Source of the DNA: Lytechinus pictus
Lineage: Eukaryota
DNA: 60,000 bases
Direction: 5' to 3'
Assembly: GCF_037042905.1 (NCBI RefSeq)
Contig: NC_087245.1
Span: 41,418,001-41,478,000, forward strand
The notes under the pieces: model-generated
The model's database searches: none
Told to the model about the DNA's origin: nothing
Seen by the model: only the letters and a program-made list of their open reading frames with translations
Shown here: positions 22,193 to 34,150 of the stretch, one piece after another
Numbering within the stretch: the first letter of the stretch is position 1
How the letters are laid out: every line of letters begins with the position of its first letter
Made by a program: the position numbers and the translations under genes

Positions 22193-25100
22193 GTGAGAAG
22201 AAGGGCGGAATAAATATGTGGAATTGAGCTAGAGCAGCTGTACCCCAGGGAGCTCCCGGGCGGGCGCGGCCGGAGCTCCCTGGGTTAGAGCAGCTGCGAC
22301 CCTGCCGCGTCTCACTACCAGTGCATTGGCATTGCCCCACATACTCAAAACATTGTCACTGTCACTGTCAGCTGGTTATCACAGCTACACTTGTGCACGT
22401 GCATCCATTGCCTAATCAATGCCTTGACATTTGACGTTTCCTCCATCTCAATCAATCCATGGTCGGTTCACCAGCTCCTTTTCCACAGGTTTCCACCAGA
22501 ATCAACAAAAATGTGTTCATTCCTCTCATATCACTTGGAATGCTTTAACTTGTTGCAGTTGTTTACTGAACTAGACTAACTTTGTACATAATTAAAAAAA
22601 AAAAACTAGACCCCAAAATTAGTAGATAGGCCTACAATTTTTCAATCATGATTCATGTCCATTAATTTGTTACCTTAAATTTCAAGAACAAAACTGGAGG
22701 CATTTGCTTCTCAAAAGTAAACACAGTCTTTCGTTGTTCTCTTTAAAGGTCAAGTCCACCCCAGATAAATGTTGATTTGAGCAAATGATATAGAGAAAAA
22801 TAAAACTAGCATAAAGCTGAAAACTTCATCAAAATTGGATGTAAAATGAGAAAGTTATGACATTTTAAAGTCTCGCTTATTTTTCACAAAACAGTGACAT
22901 GCACAACTCGGTGACATGCAAATGAGACAGACGATGTTGTCCCTCACTATTTCTTTTGTTTTTTATTGTTTGCATTAGACTACAATATTTCATTTTTTTC
23001 AGATTTGACAATAAGGACAAACTTTACTGAACCGTATATTATTAAACAATGCTAATTCCACATGTTCAGGGAGGAATTAATTGATGTTTCACTTGGCAAT
23101 GAGGAGAATATAAGAATAGTGGATGACGTCATCAGTCTCCTCATTTGCATACCGACCAGGATGTGCAAATAACCGTTTTGTGAAATTAAGCGAAACTTTA
23201 AAATGTCATAACTTTTTTATTTTACATCCGATTTTGGTGAAATTTTCAGTGTTGTAAGTTTCTTTAGAATATTCACTTCACACAATTTCTCATCAATTGA
23301 CCATTATTTTCCACACCATAACATTTAATAGCACTTAATAGTATTTTAACCATTCACAATACACCTGTTTTCATAATATTTTATTTAATCATATTTTTCA
23401 AAATGACATCATTCAGATGATAAAAATCAAAATCATCACTTCTTGGGAACAAATTCAGATTTTTATTCAAATCAACTTTTTTTTTTTGGGGGGGTGGGCT
23501 TGTCCTTTAATACTCAGCAAATCGAAGACTCGGACGACAAAATGTTAAAAGTTTTTTTTCTGTAGCAGGACAAACTTTGGTTTTTGAACTTTAATGACAG
23601 GGTCTTCAGAGTTCGAAGAAAGAAGAAGAGGGGTGGCAAATACTCTGGGACGTCAATAAAATTTTTGTAAGTGCAAGTGCAAAGAGGAAAGGGAAAGCAT
23701 CACACCTCTATTGCAGAAGATTTCTTATTATTTAATTGTTATTATTTTTCCATCCCATAATGATATTTTGGTCACCTGATCTAACCTGGCTGAGTGTCAC
23801 TGTTTTGATGGACAGGGCAAAACCTATTTCCATTGGTAAAAATATCTTAATTCAACTCAAATTTCTGATTTTGAATTCCAAAATCATTCTTACTTCCTAA
23901 TTGGTCAATTAAAGGGGCAGGACTTACTTCATTCAGCATGGGAACACTGGACTCTCTCCATCCCCTGCTATCGAGAACCTATACTGACAGCTTTTAAAGC
24001 TCTACGGAGTCAATTAGCTAGTGACAGACTGACACCTGCCCAACAAATATATAACTAAAAATTGACAAAAATAAAATTATCTGTCCAGGACAGTTCAATA
24101 TTCTTGACCTATCTCTCTATTTGCTTTGCCATTTAGTCTCCAAAACCATTCAAAACTGCGAAAAAAAAATGTTTATGTCGGTCCTATATCCCTTAGGAAT
24201 CCTTCACCCTCAAACTGCCCCTTGCATTAGTGTGCATTTTGGTATGTTCACACTCTACATTAATCTTCACTATGCTACAGTACTATAAACATAACTTTGC
24301 ATGAAAAGTAACCGAGGACAAGGAAAATATTAAAATTGCACTGCTTCTAACATGTCAAGTGGGTAAAAATAAGTGTGAAATCAATACTTTAGACAATAGA
24401 GAAATATACTATTTACAGAGACAATGCTAAATATGACTAGATTCATAATATATACCCCCAAAACCAGCCCAATAGCATAGTATGTTATGATGTGAATAAT
24501 TTGATGTATGATTTGCTTTTTTTTTTATCAGTCCTGTTATGCCGACAATGTGGTCATGCCGTGGCCCATGCTTCAGACTTTGTAACAGTAAGCTCTTCCC
24601 AGGCTTTACATCAGAGAAATAATACCATTCTTGGAAGAGAAGACGTTCTTGTTCAACTCCTCAAAAATCCACATGGTATGTAGTTCGGGTTGCTCAATAA
24701 GTTTTACTTGTATGCATGTTGATCATTGCTCAAATAAAGCCTTTGTTAATGATAATAATTAGACATATCGCGCCAAATCCACTCTGTAGAGTGCTCAAGG
24801 CGCTTTAAAGGTTAAGTGCTTTGTTTATTATCATTATTATTACACACATATCTTTACCCTTTTTGTTTTTCAGGACGCCATTTTGAAGTCATAACAACTT
24901 CTACTGCTGATGTTACAAAGCAGCCTCGTGTGAGTAACTGTAATCAGTGTTGAGAAGAGGCAATTTTATACCTTTGTCTTTCCCTGGGGTTTGCTACATT
25001 CAGTGTAAAACTCTCAACCCTTCAGTTTCAGATAGGGTGTACAAAGGTCATATTTGATGAAAAGTGCAGGATTATCTATTACATAATTTACATTAAAGGA

Positions 25101-28100
25101 GAAACCTTTTGAGCAAGTTAGCTCGGGTAAAAGCACAAAAATCAAGGAATAGATCAGTGAAAGTTTGAGTAAAATTGGACAAGAAACATGAAAGTTATGA
25201 GCATTTGAACGTCAAGATCACTAATGCTATGGAGGTCCTTCCATTGGCAATGCAGACACGTTCTGTGATGTCATACATGTCAGAACTCTCCCCTTTGGAC
25301 ACTGAAAATATACCTCAAAACTTTTTGTTGCTCATTCCAATGGTATTGAACAAAAATTCATCACTGATATAATAATCCAAATCCTCTCAAAAAAAAGATA
25401 ACGGATATGTATTAAAGTTGTGGGGAAGTTGTACAGGTGTGACTTCATAGATTTTCGTCTCGGTACCAATGGGAGGGTCTATATAGCACTAGTGATCTCA
25501 ATATCCAAACGCTCATAACTGTCTTATTATTCATCTAATCTTCCCCGCACTTTCATTGATCTGTTTTTTTAATTTTATTTTTCTTTTTTAATGACTTCAA
25601 CAAGTTTCAAGGATTTTATGCTCTTGTAACCTTACATAACATTTATAAAATATATATAAACAAATAACTTCTGGTGGTTTCCATGGTTGAGAATACATTT
25701 ATATGGAGGTTTTGTTTGTTCTTGAAAAGGACAGATCAAATGCCCAAGAGAACATGAAATGTTTTGATTTTCATTATGATTCAAAGGAAGTTTCTTTATC
25801 ATCAAATTGATGAAAGTTGAAATATTTGAATCTTCATATGATGAAATGAAAATTCGATGTGTGAAGGTATCGACCCCCCATTTGCATACTTTTGTTATTT
25901 ACATTTTACTGTTTTGTGCAAATATGAAGCAATAATTTAAAGTGGCACAATTCTTATTTGATATAAGAAGAAGAATTGTCAGTGCTATGCTTCTTTATCT
26001 TTTTTTATTGCATTCAATTAAACTTGATCTTTGGATGGACTTCACTTTTTTAATTCAAATAGAGAAAAATTTGATATTGTTCACGAATTTACCATCTATT
26101 TTCATTTTTGATGATTTTATGGATTTCTGGGGAGTGTTTCATGAAAAGTATTATCAGTGATTTTCACTGACAGATGTTATAAGCTACTACAAGTCCTTGC
26201 ACCGGATTGGCCGAGAGCAAATAAGTCAGTGAAAAACTTTCTCATGAAACCCTCTCCTGATTCCCTGTTATCTCCTGCTTCTTTTAGCTTTATAAAGAAG
26301 ACAGCTGGTTTGATGGTTATGACTGGAAAATGATAACATGCCCACAGTGCCGATCACACTTGGGATGGTAAGTAGATTAAAATAATAAGAAATAAATTAT
26401 ATAGGATTTGTATAGCGCACGTATCCACCTTACAAGGTGCTCAAGGCGCTCCTATATTACCCCGGCTAAGCTAGTCTACCAATTATGGTGCGCACAGCCT
26501 TTTGAGGAATTGAATTACTTCCTGCTGTACCCATTTACCTCACCTGGGTCGAGTGCAGCACGGTGTGGATAAATTTCTTGCTGAAGGAAAACAGGCAATG
26601 GCTAGGATTCAAACCCACGACCCTCTGTTTAAAAGGCGAGAGTCAGAACCACTAGACCACGACGCGCCCACATAGTAAAGAGGCCAGATTTTGGTTCCAT
26701 GACGTTTGCCCCTGATTAAAAATCTGCACATTAAGCCAGACATAAAATCTAACTCTCCAGGACTAAATAACCCCTAATCCTTATTGTTAAAGGACAAGTC
26801 CAACCCAACAAAAAGTTGATTTGAATACAAAGAGAAAAATCCAACAAGCATAACACTGAAAATTTAATCAAAATCGGATGTAAAATAAGAAAGTTATGAC
26901 ATTTTAAAGTTTCGCTTAATTTCACAAAACAGTTATACGGTATGCACATCCTGGTTGGTATGCAAATGAGGAGACTATGATGTCATCCACTCACTATTTC
27001 TTTTGTATTTTCTCATATGAAATATTCTTATTTTCTCCTCATTGCCAAGTGAAACATCATTTAATTCCTCCCTGAACAAGTGGAATTAGCATTGTTAATA
27101 ATAATATATGGTTCAGTCAAGTTGGTCCTTATTGTCAAATCTGTAAAAAATGAAATATTGTTTAGTTCAAACAATAAAAAACAAATTAAATAGTGAGTGA
27201 TGGACATCATCGACTGACTCACCTAGTTGTGCTTATCACTGTTTTGTGAAAAATAAGCGAAACTTAAAAATGTCATAACTTTCTTATTTTACATCCGATT
27301 TTGATGAAATTTTCAGCACTATGCTAGTTTAATTTTTTTCTATTCATTCAAGTCAGCATTTTCCTGGGGTGGACTTGACCTTTAAATCATTCTGAACCAA
27401 AACCTCTATTACAATCCTAACTCTAACCCTACCCCCTCTGAGATATAAGACAGCCTAGGAGCAAATGGTGCAGGAGCATATGATGTCACTTGTTGTGTCA
27501 CCCAAATTTCACATACTGGTATGCGTTTTGTAATTGCTTTTAATGTGCGTTAGACCTTAGAGTTTCAAATAATGATACCCAATATTTGGAATATTGAAGC
27601 TCTTTTTAAATTTTCAAAGTTTGAAATTCAATGTAATGTAAAATGAAAGGGGTTATCGCTTCTCAGTTAGTGTGAATGAAGTGGTGTCTGGTGTTTCTAG
27701 GGCTTGCATGTTTGATTAACTTTTGAAAAACTTATCAGTTGGCTGTGTAGTTCTGAATTAGTGAGATGCATTCATCTATTGAATAAAAAATAGCTGGGAT
27801 AAAACAGTAAAAGTATCCAGCGCTTACAACATTGCATTAAGTACTATAAATGTTGCATAGTATCATTATTATTAATAATGAAATCAAGTATTACAGATTT
27901 GTATGTTTCTGTACTGACATTAATACAATGGATTAGAAAACATTGACATGCTTATCTCTCGATGAATGGGGACATCCTGTTCGTTTTGATAGAAGGAAAT
28001 TAATATGATATAGAAATGATATCATGTCTTGTATTGAAATTGATTTGATTTTCTTTATTTGTGATGCAGGTACTTTGAACCTAGGGAGACGCAGAAAGCA

Positions 28101-29011
28101 GAGACTTGCCAAGATAAGGGCGATGAAGATACATGCAGTGGGGATAGAGATGACACTTGGAATGAAAACTCGTTAGTAGAGAAGAAAAATCCATTCCATG
28201 CACTCATACTGGCAAATCTTATTCATGAAGAATGTGAGTAGATATCATCCCTATGGTGGTGTATAATAAGCAAACGGAAAGTAGTAATATTATACTTCTT
28301 AGGATGATTATAAAAGCAAAATTACGAGAGAAGGAGGAACCATTCCCTGCACTCATAGATTGGTGTATGATAAATTAACCCCCAAAATAATAAGTTTCTT
28401 AGAATGATTATTAAAGCAAATTCATTCATTTCAATTCAATATTTATTCCTCATGGTGAACATGAAAATTATACTATCTGCGGGATTTCCATACAATGAAA
28501 AAATTATTTGAGAAGATATTGGCATGCAATGAAAATTAACGACCTTATCAACAAATACTATACATGTATATAGCATTAAAGTTACAAGTACCAGTGAGTA
28601 AGGAGAAGAAAAATTAGCATATTTTGCACAAAAAGTTTGGGACATGTTTCAGAAGCCAAAATGACAAAAATGTGTAATAAAGTGACTTTCAAGTAACAAT
28701 ATGATGGGGAAATAGAATGGTACAGAAAATCAAAGGACTATTCCATTTTAATCTGTCCTTATGTGAGCTCATCTGGTCATCGTTTCATAAAGACTTGTTA
28801 CAAAAACAAACACCCAATTTCCTTATCAAATGTACAATCAGCCAATCAGATTGAATGGTTTCGGTAGCTTTAAACTCTTATTGCAAATTGTTTTTTATTA
28901 TAACAAGATGAAACAGGGCCCTAGAAGTTAAACAAGGCTATGTTATCTCTCATTTTTCCATTTGCAGACGCTGAAGCTCTGGTGGTACAACCAAAGATCT
29001 TTGGAGGATAG
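22084..29011 (+). CDS. Cereblon-like stand-alone CULT (thalidomide-binding, Yippee/Mis18 fold) domain protein with N-terminal signal peptide, 6 exons, 198 aa
   Basis: Exons 22084-22192, 24532-24675, 24874-24929, 26288-26367, 28070-28233 and 28968-29011; GT-AG and in phase (597 nt). Motifs LLCRQCGH, KNPHGRHFEVIT, DSWFDGYDWKMITCPQCRSHLGWYF, FHALI. An in-frame upstream ATG also exists at 22006. Confidence 0.93.
22743..23510. mobile_element. Kolobok-like MITE family A with a ~200-bp internal insertion
   Basis: TTAA TSD and the same TIRs. Confidence 0.85.
24532..24675 (+). CDS. CULT protein exon 2
   Basis: tatcag|LLCRQCGHAVAH...VQLLKNPH|gtatgt. Confidence 0.93.
24874..24929 (+). CDS. CULT protein exon 3
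   Basis: tttcag|RHFEVITTSTADVTKQPR|gtgagt. Confidence 0.93.
26288..26367 (+). CDS. CULT protein exon 4
   Basis: ttttag|LYKEDSWFDGYDWKMITCPQCRSHLGW|gtaagt. Confidence 0.95.
26382..26669 (-). mobile_element. tRNA-derived SINE (full length)
   Basis: Reverse complement of the 37821-38110 element. Confidence 0.85.
26787..27385. mobile_element. Kolobok-like MITE family A
   Basis: TTAA TSD and the same TIRs. Confidence 0.85.
28070..28233 (+). CDS. CULT protein exon 5
   Basis: atgcag|YFEPRETQKAETCQD...NPFHALILANLIHEE|gtgagt. Confidence 0.92.
28968..29011 (+). CDS. CULT protein exon 6 (terminal)
   Basis: ttgcag|(Y)AEALVVQPKIFGG*. Confidence 0.88.
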
Positions 29012-29956
29012 ATCTCCGACAACGAGATGTTGGGTTGGTGCAATATGAGTAATTACAGTGAAACCTGTCTACAAGGACCACCCAAGGGAGACAAGGAAAC
29101 GTGGCCTTCACAAGCAGGTGGTCTTTATGTGCCTTTTTCTCACAACGTTTTCTTCACCCCGGATTATTGTTAACCCTGTACTATCCTTGACCTGTACCAT
29201 GATTTTTTCCTGTTCTCACATGCCAAATTTTCTGCCTAACCCCAGCTATTATAAGGAAAAGCATGTAATGCCGGACTATTGGTAGCCATTTATGAGTCTT
29301 ATCTCTGATTGGACAACAGCGCTGGCTCCGTTGCCTCTAGCGCACAGATTGAGCACTGTCATGGGCTTGGCCAGGTTTGGCCTTGTACGGGCTTGGACTC
29401 TTATCCTGGGGCCTGTTGCAGAAAGAGTTGCGTTTAAACGCAAGTCAAAATATCAAGCTTAAGTCCCAAATATGGGAGCTTCATTGGCTGAAAATCAAGT
29501 TGCGCAAGATTTTTTGAGTTGCGTTTGATTGCAATCCTTTCTGCAACGGGCCCCCGGACTCTGATACTTCAATCGCCCTGCTAACCGTGCTATTCTGCAG
29601 AGCCAAATAATCCTGTACTATAGGTGGGGTTAACCCACTTTGCAAAACAATTTTGTGAGAAAAGAAAGTGGGCTAAGCTTGACCCCGGACTTAAGGCAGG
29701 ACTAACTTGCCATTTATTCCCACCTACAGTACAGGGTTAAGGAAAATTTTGCCTGTGCGAAAAGGGAATTAGACGAGTACCCTTAATACATGTTACACCG
29801 GGGAATACTTTTTTTAACGGAAACAAAATATGTGGTCTTAATGTACAGGTAATCTTTCTTATGTGGTTACTCTGACAAGTGGGTTTTTCCATAAAAGCTT
29901 TCAGTAAGTAACAATGTTACGAATGGCTGGTGGGTGACATGACATTTGTTCCTGTC

Positions 29957-30457
29957 TTAAAGGGATGCTCCGGGCTGAAGATATTTATATCTCAATAAAT
30001 AGAGTAAAATTCACAAAGCGAAATGCTGAAAATGTCATCAAAATCGGATAACAAATAACAAAGTTATTGAATTTTAAAGATTTGCATTATTCCGTTGAAA
30101 CAGTTCGAGGCATGTCTTCATGAATATTCATCAGGTGTGCTGATGATGTCATATCACCACTTGTTCTTTTGTATTTTATTATATGACATTGGGTTTATTC
30201 AAAAATTTTCACCCAAGAACTAAAACAATTGAAGTGACAACTGATCAAGTGCATTAGTCATTTCTTGCTGCAACTTATCATTTACACATTTATGAAAAAA
30301 TGAGCTGGACCGTTTCACCGGAATAATGCAAATCTTGAAAATTGAATTACTTTGGTATTTGCTATCCGATTTTGATGAAATTTTCAGCATTTGCTCTGTG
30401 AATTTTATTTAGAATTATTCAGATATAAATTATCTTCAGCTTGGAGTATCCCTTTGA
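29957..30457. mobile_element. Kolobok-like MITE family D
   Basis: TTAA-AGGGATGCTCCGGGCTGAAG...CTTCAGCTTGGAGTATCCCT-TTGA. Confidence 0.75.
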
Positions 30458-32329
30458 TATCTTGGAGGGCATAGGGTTGGAGTTAGGATTGTTATAGTTT
30501 ATTTAGTTTTTGGTTCAGAATAATGTAAAGATAAGGATTAGAGTTTATTTTAGTCATGCAGATTAGATTATATGCTTGGCACAACTTGCAGATTTTCCAT
30601 CGGAGCAATTGTCGCAGGAGCAAATGTCATGGAACCGGCTGGTGATCCAGTCAAATCAATACTACTGAAAATTTGGAGTATATTGTTTAACCTCAAGATA
30701 GGGGCACTGATCCTTCATAAAGTTGCTTGTAGGCAGCCTTATGAAACACCCCCAGGGCCCTGTGACATGCCGTTTAGTGATTAATCGTAGGACAGATCAT
30801 TGTAATTGATCATACACAGTAATCAGTGTAATCAATTGTGGGAAGCAGTCCTTTGATCAATCGCTAAGCTTCGTGTTACGGGGCCCAGGTTTGGCTGTAA
30901 CTAGTGTTGATTCAAAGGGAAATCCAACCTCTAGCTTTGGGCCTTAATTTACAAATGTGGTTTTGAATATGTTATGTGACATGGTGGTACATGCAGAGTA
31001 GCCAAGTAATACGGATTTTCAGTATTTAGTACTGAAAAATGAGAAGAGTACTGATGGATTCATGCTGATTTCTAAGTATAAGTTTTGTGTGACGCGGTAT
31101 GGATTTTATTTCTAAATACTGATTTTAGCTTTTAAAATACTGAAATTTCCTTGTTCAGGTTAGCAGCTTTGTTCATGTAGGTGTTGGGAATTTGTTATTC
31201 TGTATTTAGATACCCTGTCAAAAGCATGTGCCGCGTTTTAAGTTTTAGCAGGAATCCAGCTGTACAAGTACTTTGCGTCTTTTCATTTACATTTTCCCTG
31301 TTGAATTTGATGGAAGTACCATTTTCACATGTTTAAAAAAAAAGGGGGAGGGGTGAAGGTCCGCCATCTCCTCCCCTCCCCACCCCCTGTTCCGCAGCCC
31401 CTGAATCATAGTGGATGTCCTGCATTCACTATCATTTTGTCATTGATGAAATGTGAGAATCAGGAATTCCCTGTGGGAAATGTGTGTCTCTGACATTTGA
31501 CAAGGTAACTTAGCGTGTATATTGATTGTGAGTGTCTTTGTCATGTTCAAATTCTCATGCATGATCTACTATCTTCGCTTATCAAAGGATCCTGTTTCAC
31601 ACACTGAGATGTCATCATTTCTCATGCAAGGAGTCCATCAAAACTAATGTCCATTTCAAGTGGGTTGGAACTGGCTCCCCTCTGGAACGGCCTTCTTACT
31701 TGCTCTACATACCAAACACGAGTGTTTCCACATTTCTGCTCTGCCCTTACATCCTACGCAAGAAGGGCATGTTTGCTAGTCTTCATCTTTCGTGTCATAG
31801 TTTGGATGGCTTGCCAGAACAAAAGACCCCTTGCTCCTTCTTCAATACTTGATAATTGTGTTTGCACTTCCCTGTGTTTCTTATCCTTGAAAGAAAATGA
31901 AGTTTATCTTGTCTTAGCAACAACAAGGTCATCACTGTTTTGCTGTAGGTGAGTGCAGAGGTCCTTTTTAGGTTGCCCACAAACAAAATAATAGGCGATT
32001 TTATCATACTTTCATTTTCTAATATGAAAATACTATTTCAAGAGAAACAACAATGAAGCATGTTTAAGTAGAAAATTTCAGGATTGTCATATCTTGATAC
32101 TCGGCCAGATGGCAACTTCCACCAGGAACGATTATTCTATTGTTACTGGGGGTGCTGAGCATTGTCGCAGCACCCCCAGTAACAATAGATAATCCTCCAC
32201 GACCAGGTCCATGACTTCCACACAGTTGCAGCTAAACAATTGTAGACTATGACTTTTAATTGGTCACATCAACGTTAATGAATTGTCATTATAATCATAA
32301 TTAATAAACAACATTCTTCTGGGCAAAAT

Positions 32330-34150
32330 AAAGCACTTCTTTGACCTCAACCCCATGCAGCTCCTCAAATATTTTGTGCCTGTGCTGGAATTTCAAAAGG
32401 CATCATCTTGTATCGATATCAACCAAATAGGATGGCATAGGTCATCAGGTAGCTGCTCATCTTATCCATCTTCACCTTCTCTAGGTTCTTGTCATGATCA
32501 GCAAGTGCCTCCAGTTTTGCGTCACCAGTACCAAACACCAAGAAATCATCTGCTATGACCTCTACGCCATGCAGTCCTTCGATTATTTCATGTTGTCTGT
32601 GCTGGAATTCCTCTGGGGCTGTGAGATCCCAAAAGGCACCCTCTATTGTTGTCCATCTTCACTTGCCGGAATCCATCCTACAGAATGCATTATGGTAAAG
32701 GCTTTGGCCAAGATAGAGAGGATATCATCTATTACTAGGATTGGGTAGTGCAGTCTATTAATCGCCCGGTTTGATTATCTAGGGTACAGGTTTCTTGATG
32801 ATCACCATACTACTGATCCAGTCTGTTGGCTCAGAGACCTTTAATCATTCCTCTGTTCAAGTTCAGTCAACTTTTTCTTCAGCTCATCCTTGATGTTGAC
32901 AGGGACTCTGCATGTTTGATGTTTAACAGGTGTGACATCCTCATCAATGTGTCAACAGACAGCCAAATACTTCAAGTACATCATGGGTCCCGACTTACAA
33001 AGAGTTACGATTGATCCAATGGAAATCCATCAGTGTCATGATTTTTTCTACAGGAAATTTGCAAATGTCCTTTGTAAACAAAGGAGAACACACCAAATCA
33101 TAAAAAAATCAATTAATTCATGGATATACATTTATATCTAGAAATTTTTTTGAAAAAACATGCATTTTATATGTTGAATTTTCTGGCTTTCCATAGTTGC
33201 GATTGATCGGATCAATCGCAACTCTTTGGAAGACGGGGCCCTGGTATTCTTTGATCAGGTCTCTATAGACTGTGTGAAATGGATTGTTTCCTCTCTGGTT
33301 CTGACCTGGATCAACATTCCGATCTCCATGTGTATGTAAGGCTCAGATGATATTAGTCAACACTTCAATGTTATCTTCTCTTTTAATATGCCACCAACCA
33401 CGTCCAGCGTATAATTATACCCCATCCCCCTTTCTGAGCAGCAAAGTTCAAGGTTTGTAAGATATTTTGAATTTGAGTTCAATTGTCCAAATTTCCATGT
33501 GTCGTTTTAGAATGCATTGAATTATTGTCGTTAGTTTATCTCTACTTCATGTATGTCTCCAGAGTAATCTCATCTTTTATTTCAACCTAAATATCTCTTT
33601 TCCAAATTTTCCCAGTTTGGTTCCAAAATATCAAGTCTCTTTGGTGGTTTTCGAATCCTTACACTAGCTGCTGTGTAGTGTGCGGTCTTCTTTTGACTTT
33701 GCGTTTTGTTGTAGACTTGCCGATTGGTGGCATTTCTGTGTGCTTCTCCGTCTTCGATGGTGAATATTGCAGAATGCACTCTGGGGTGTCTGGAGGTTCT
33801 GGCTGCATCTCCTGACGTAGCGGAATGAGTGCCCTGCAATTCCTTCGAAGTGGTCCTCCGTCTGTTGCTATGGCTAAGGATCTTGGAGTGTTGGCTGATG
33901 TCACCACTGTGGCTTCCTGCTGGGAATCTTTGCCACTCTCTCCTGGCTGCAGTGGGTGGATAATGTTAATTGCCGAAAACCTCAGTTTGCATCCAGCTTT
34001 GAGAAGATTCTTGATCCTTGAAGTTGTGCAAGTGTGTTGTCCACTGGTGGTAAAGGATCTACGTATCTCTTAACACTTTTTCAGCTGCGTCAGATCTACA
34101 CAGATTTGGATCTGTCCATTTAGCTGTGGGACAACCACCATTCCTGCACA
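32330..34150 (-). pseudogene. Scrambled Ty3/Gypsy LTR-retrotransposon pol fragments (RT and integrase C-terminus)
   Basis: WISSMVIIKKP, INRLHYPILVIDDILSILAK, PFGIS..APEEFQHRQHEIIEGLHGVEVIADDFLVFGTG, CAGMVVVPQLNGQIQICVDLTQL, TPRSLAIATDGGPLRRN; frameshifts and deletions. Confidence 0.8.

Noticed and set aside
31630..31955. Possible extra exon or gene (101-aa ORF, GTGAGT donor at about 31949)
   Set aside because: No recognisable protein motif in any frame and no partner exons in phase; it lies next to decayed Gypsy fragments
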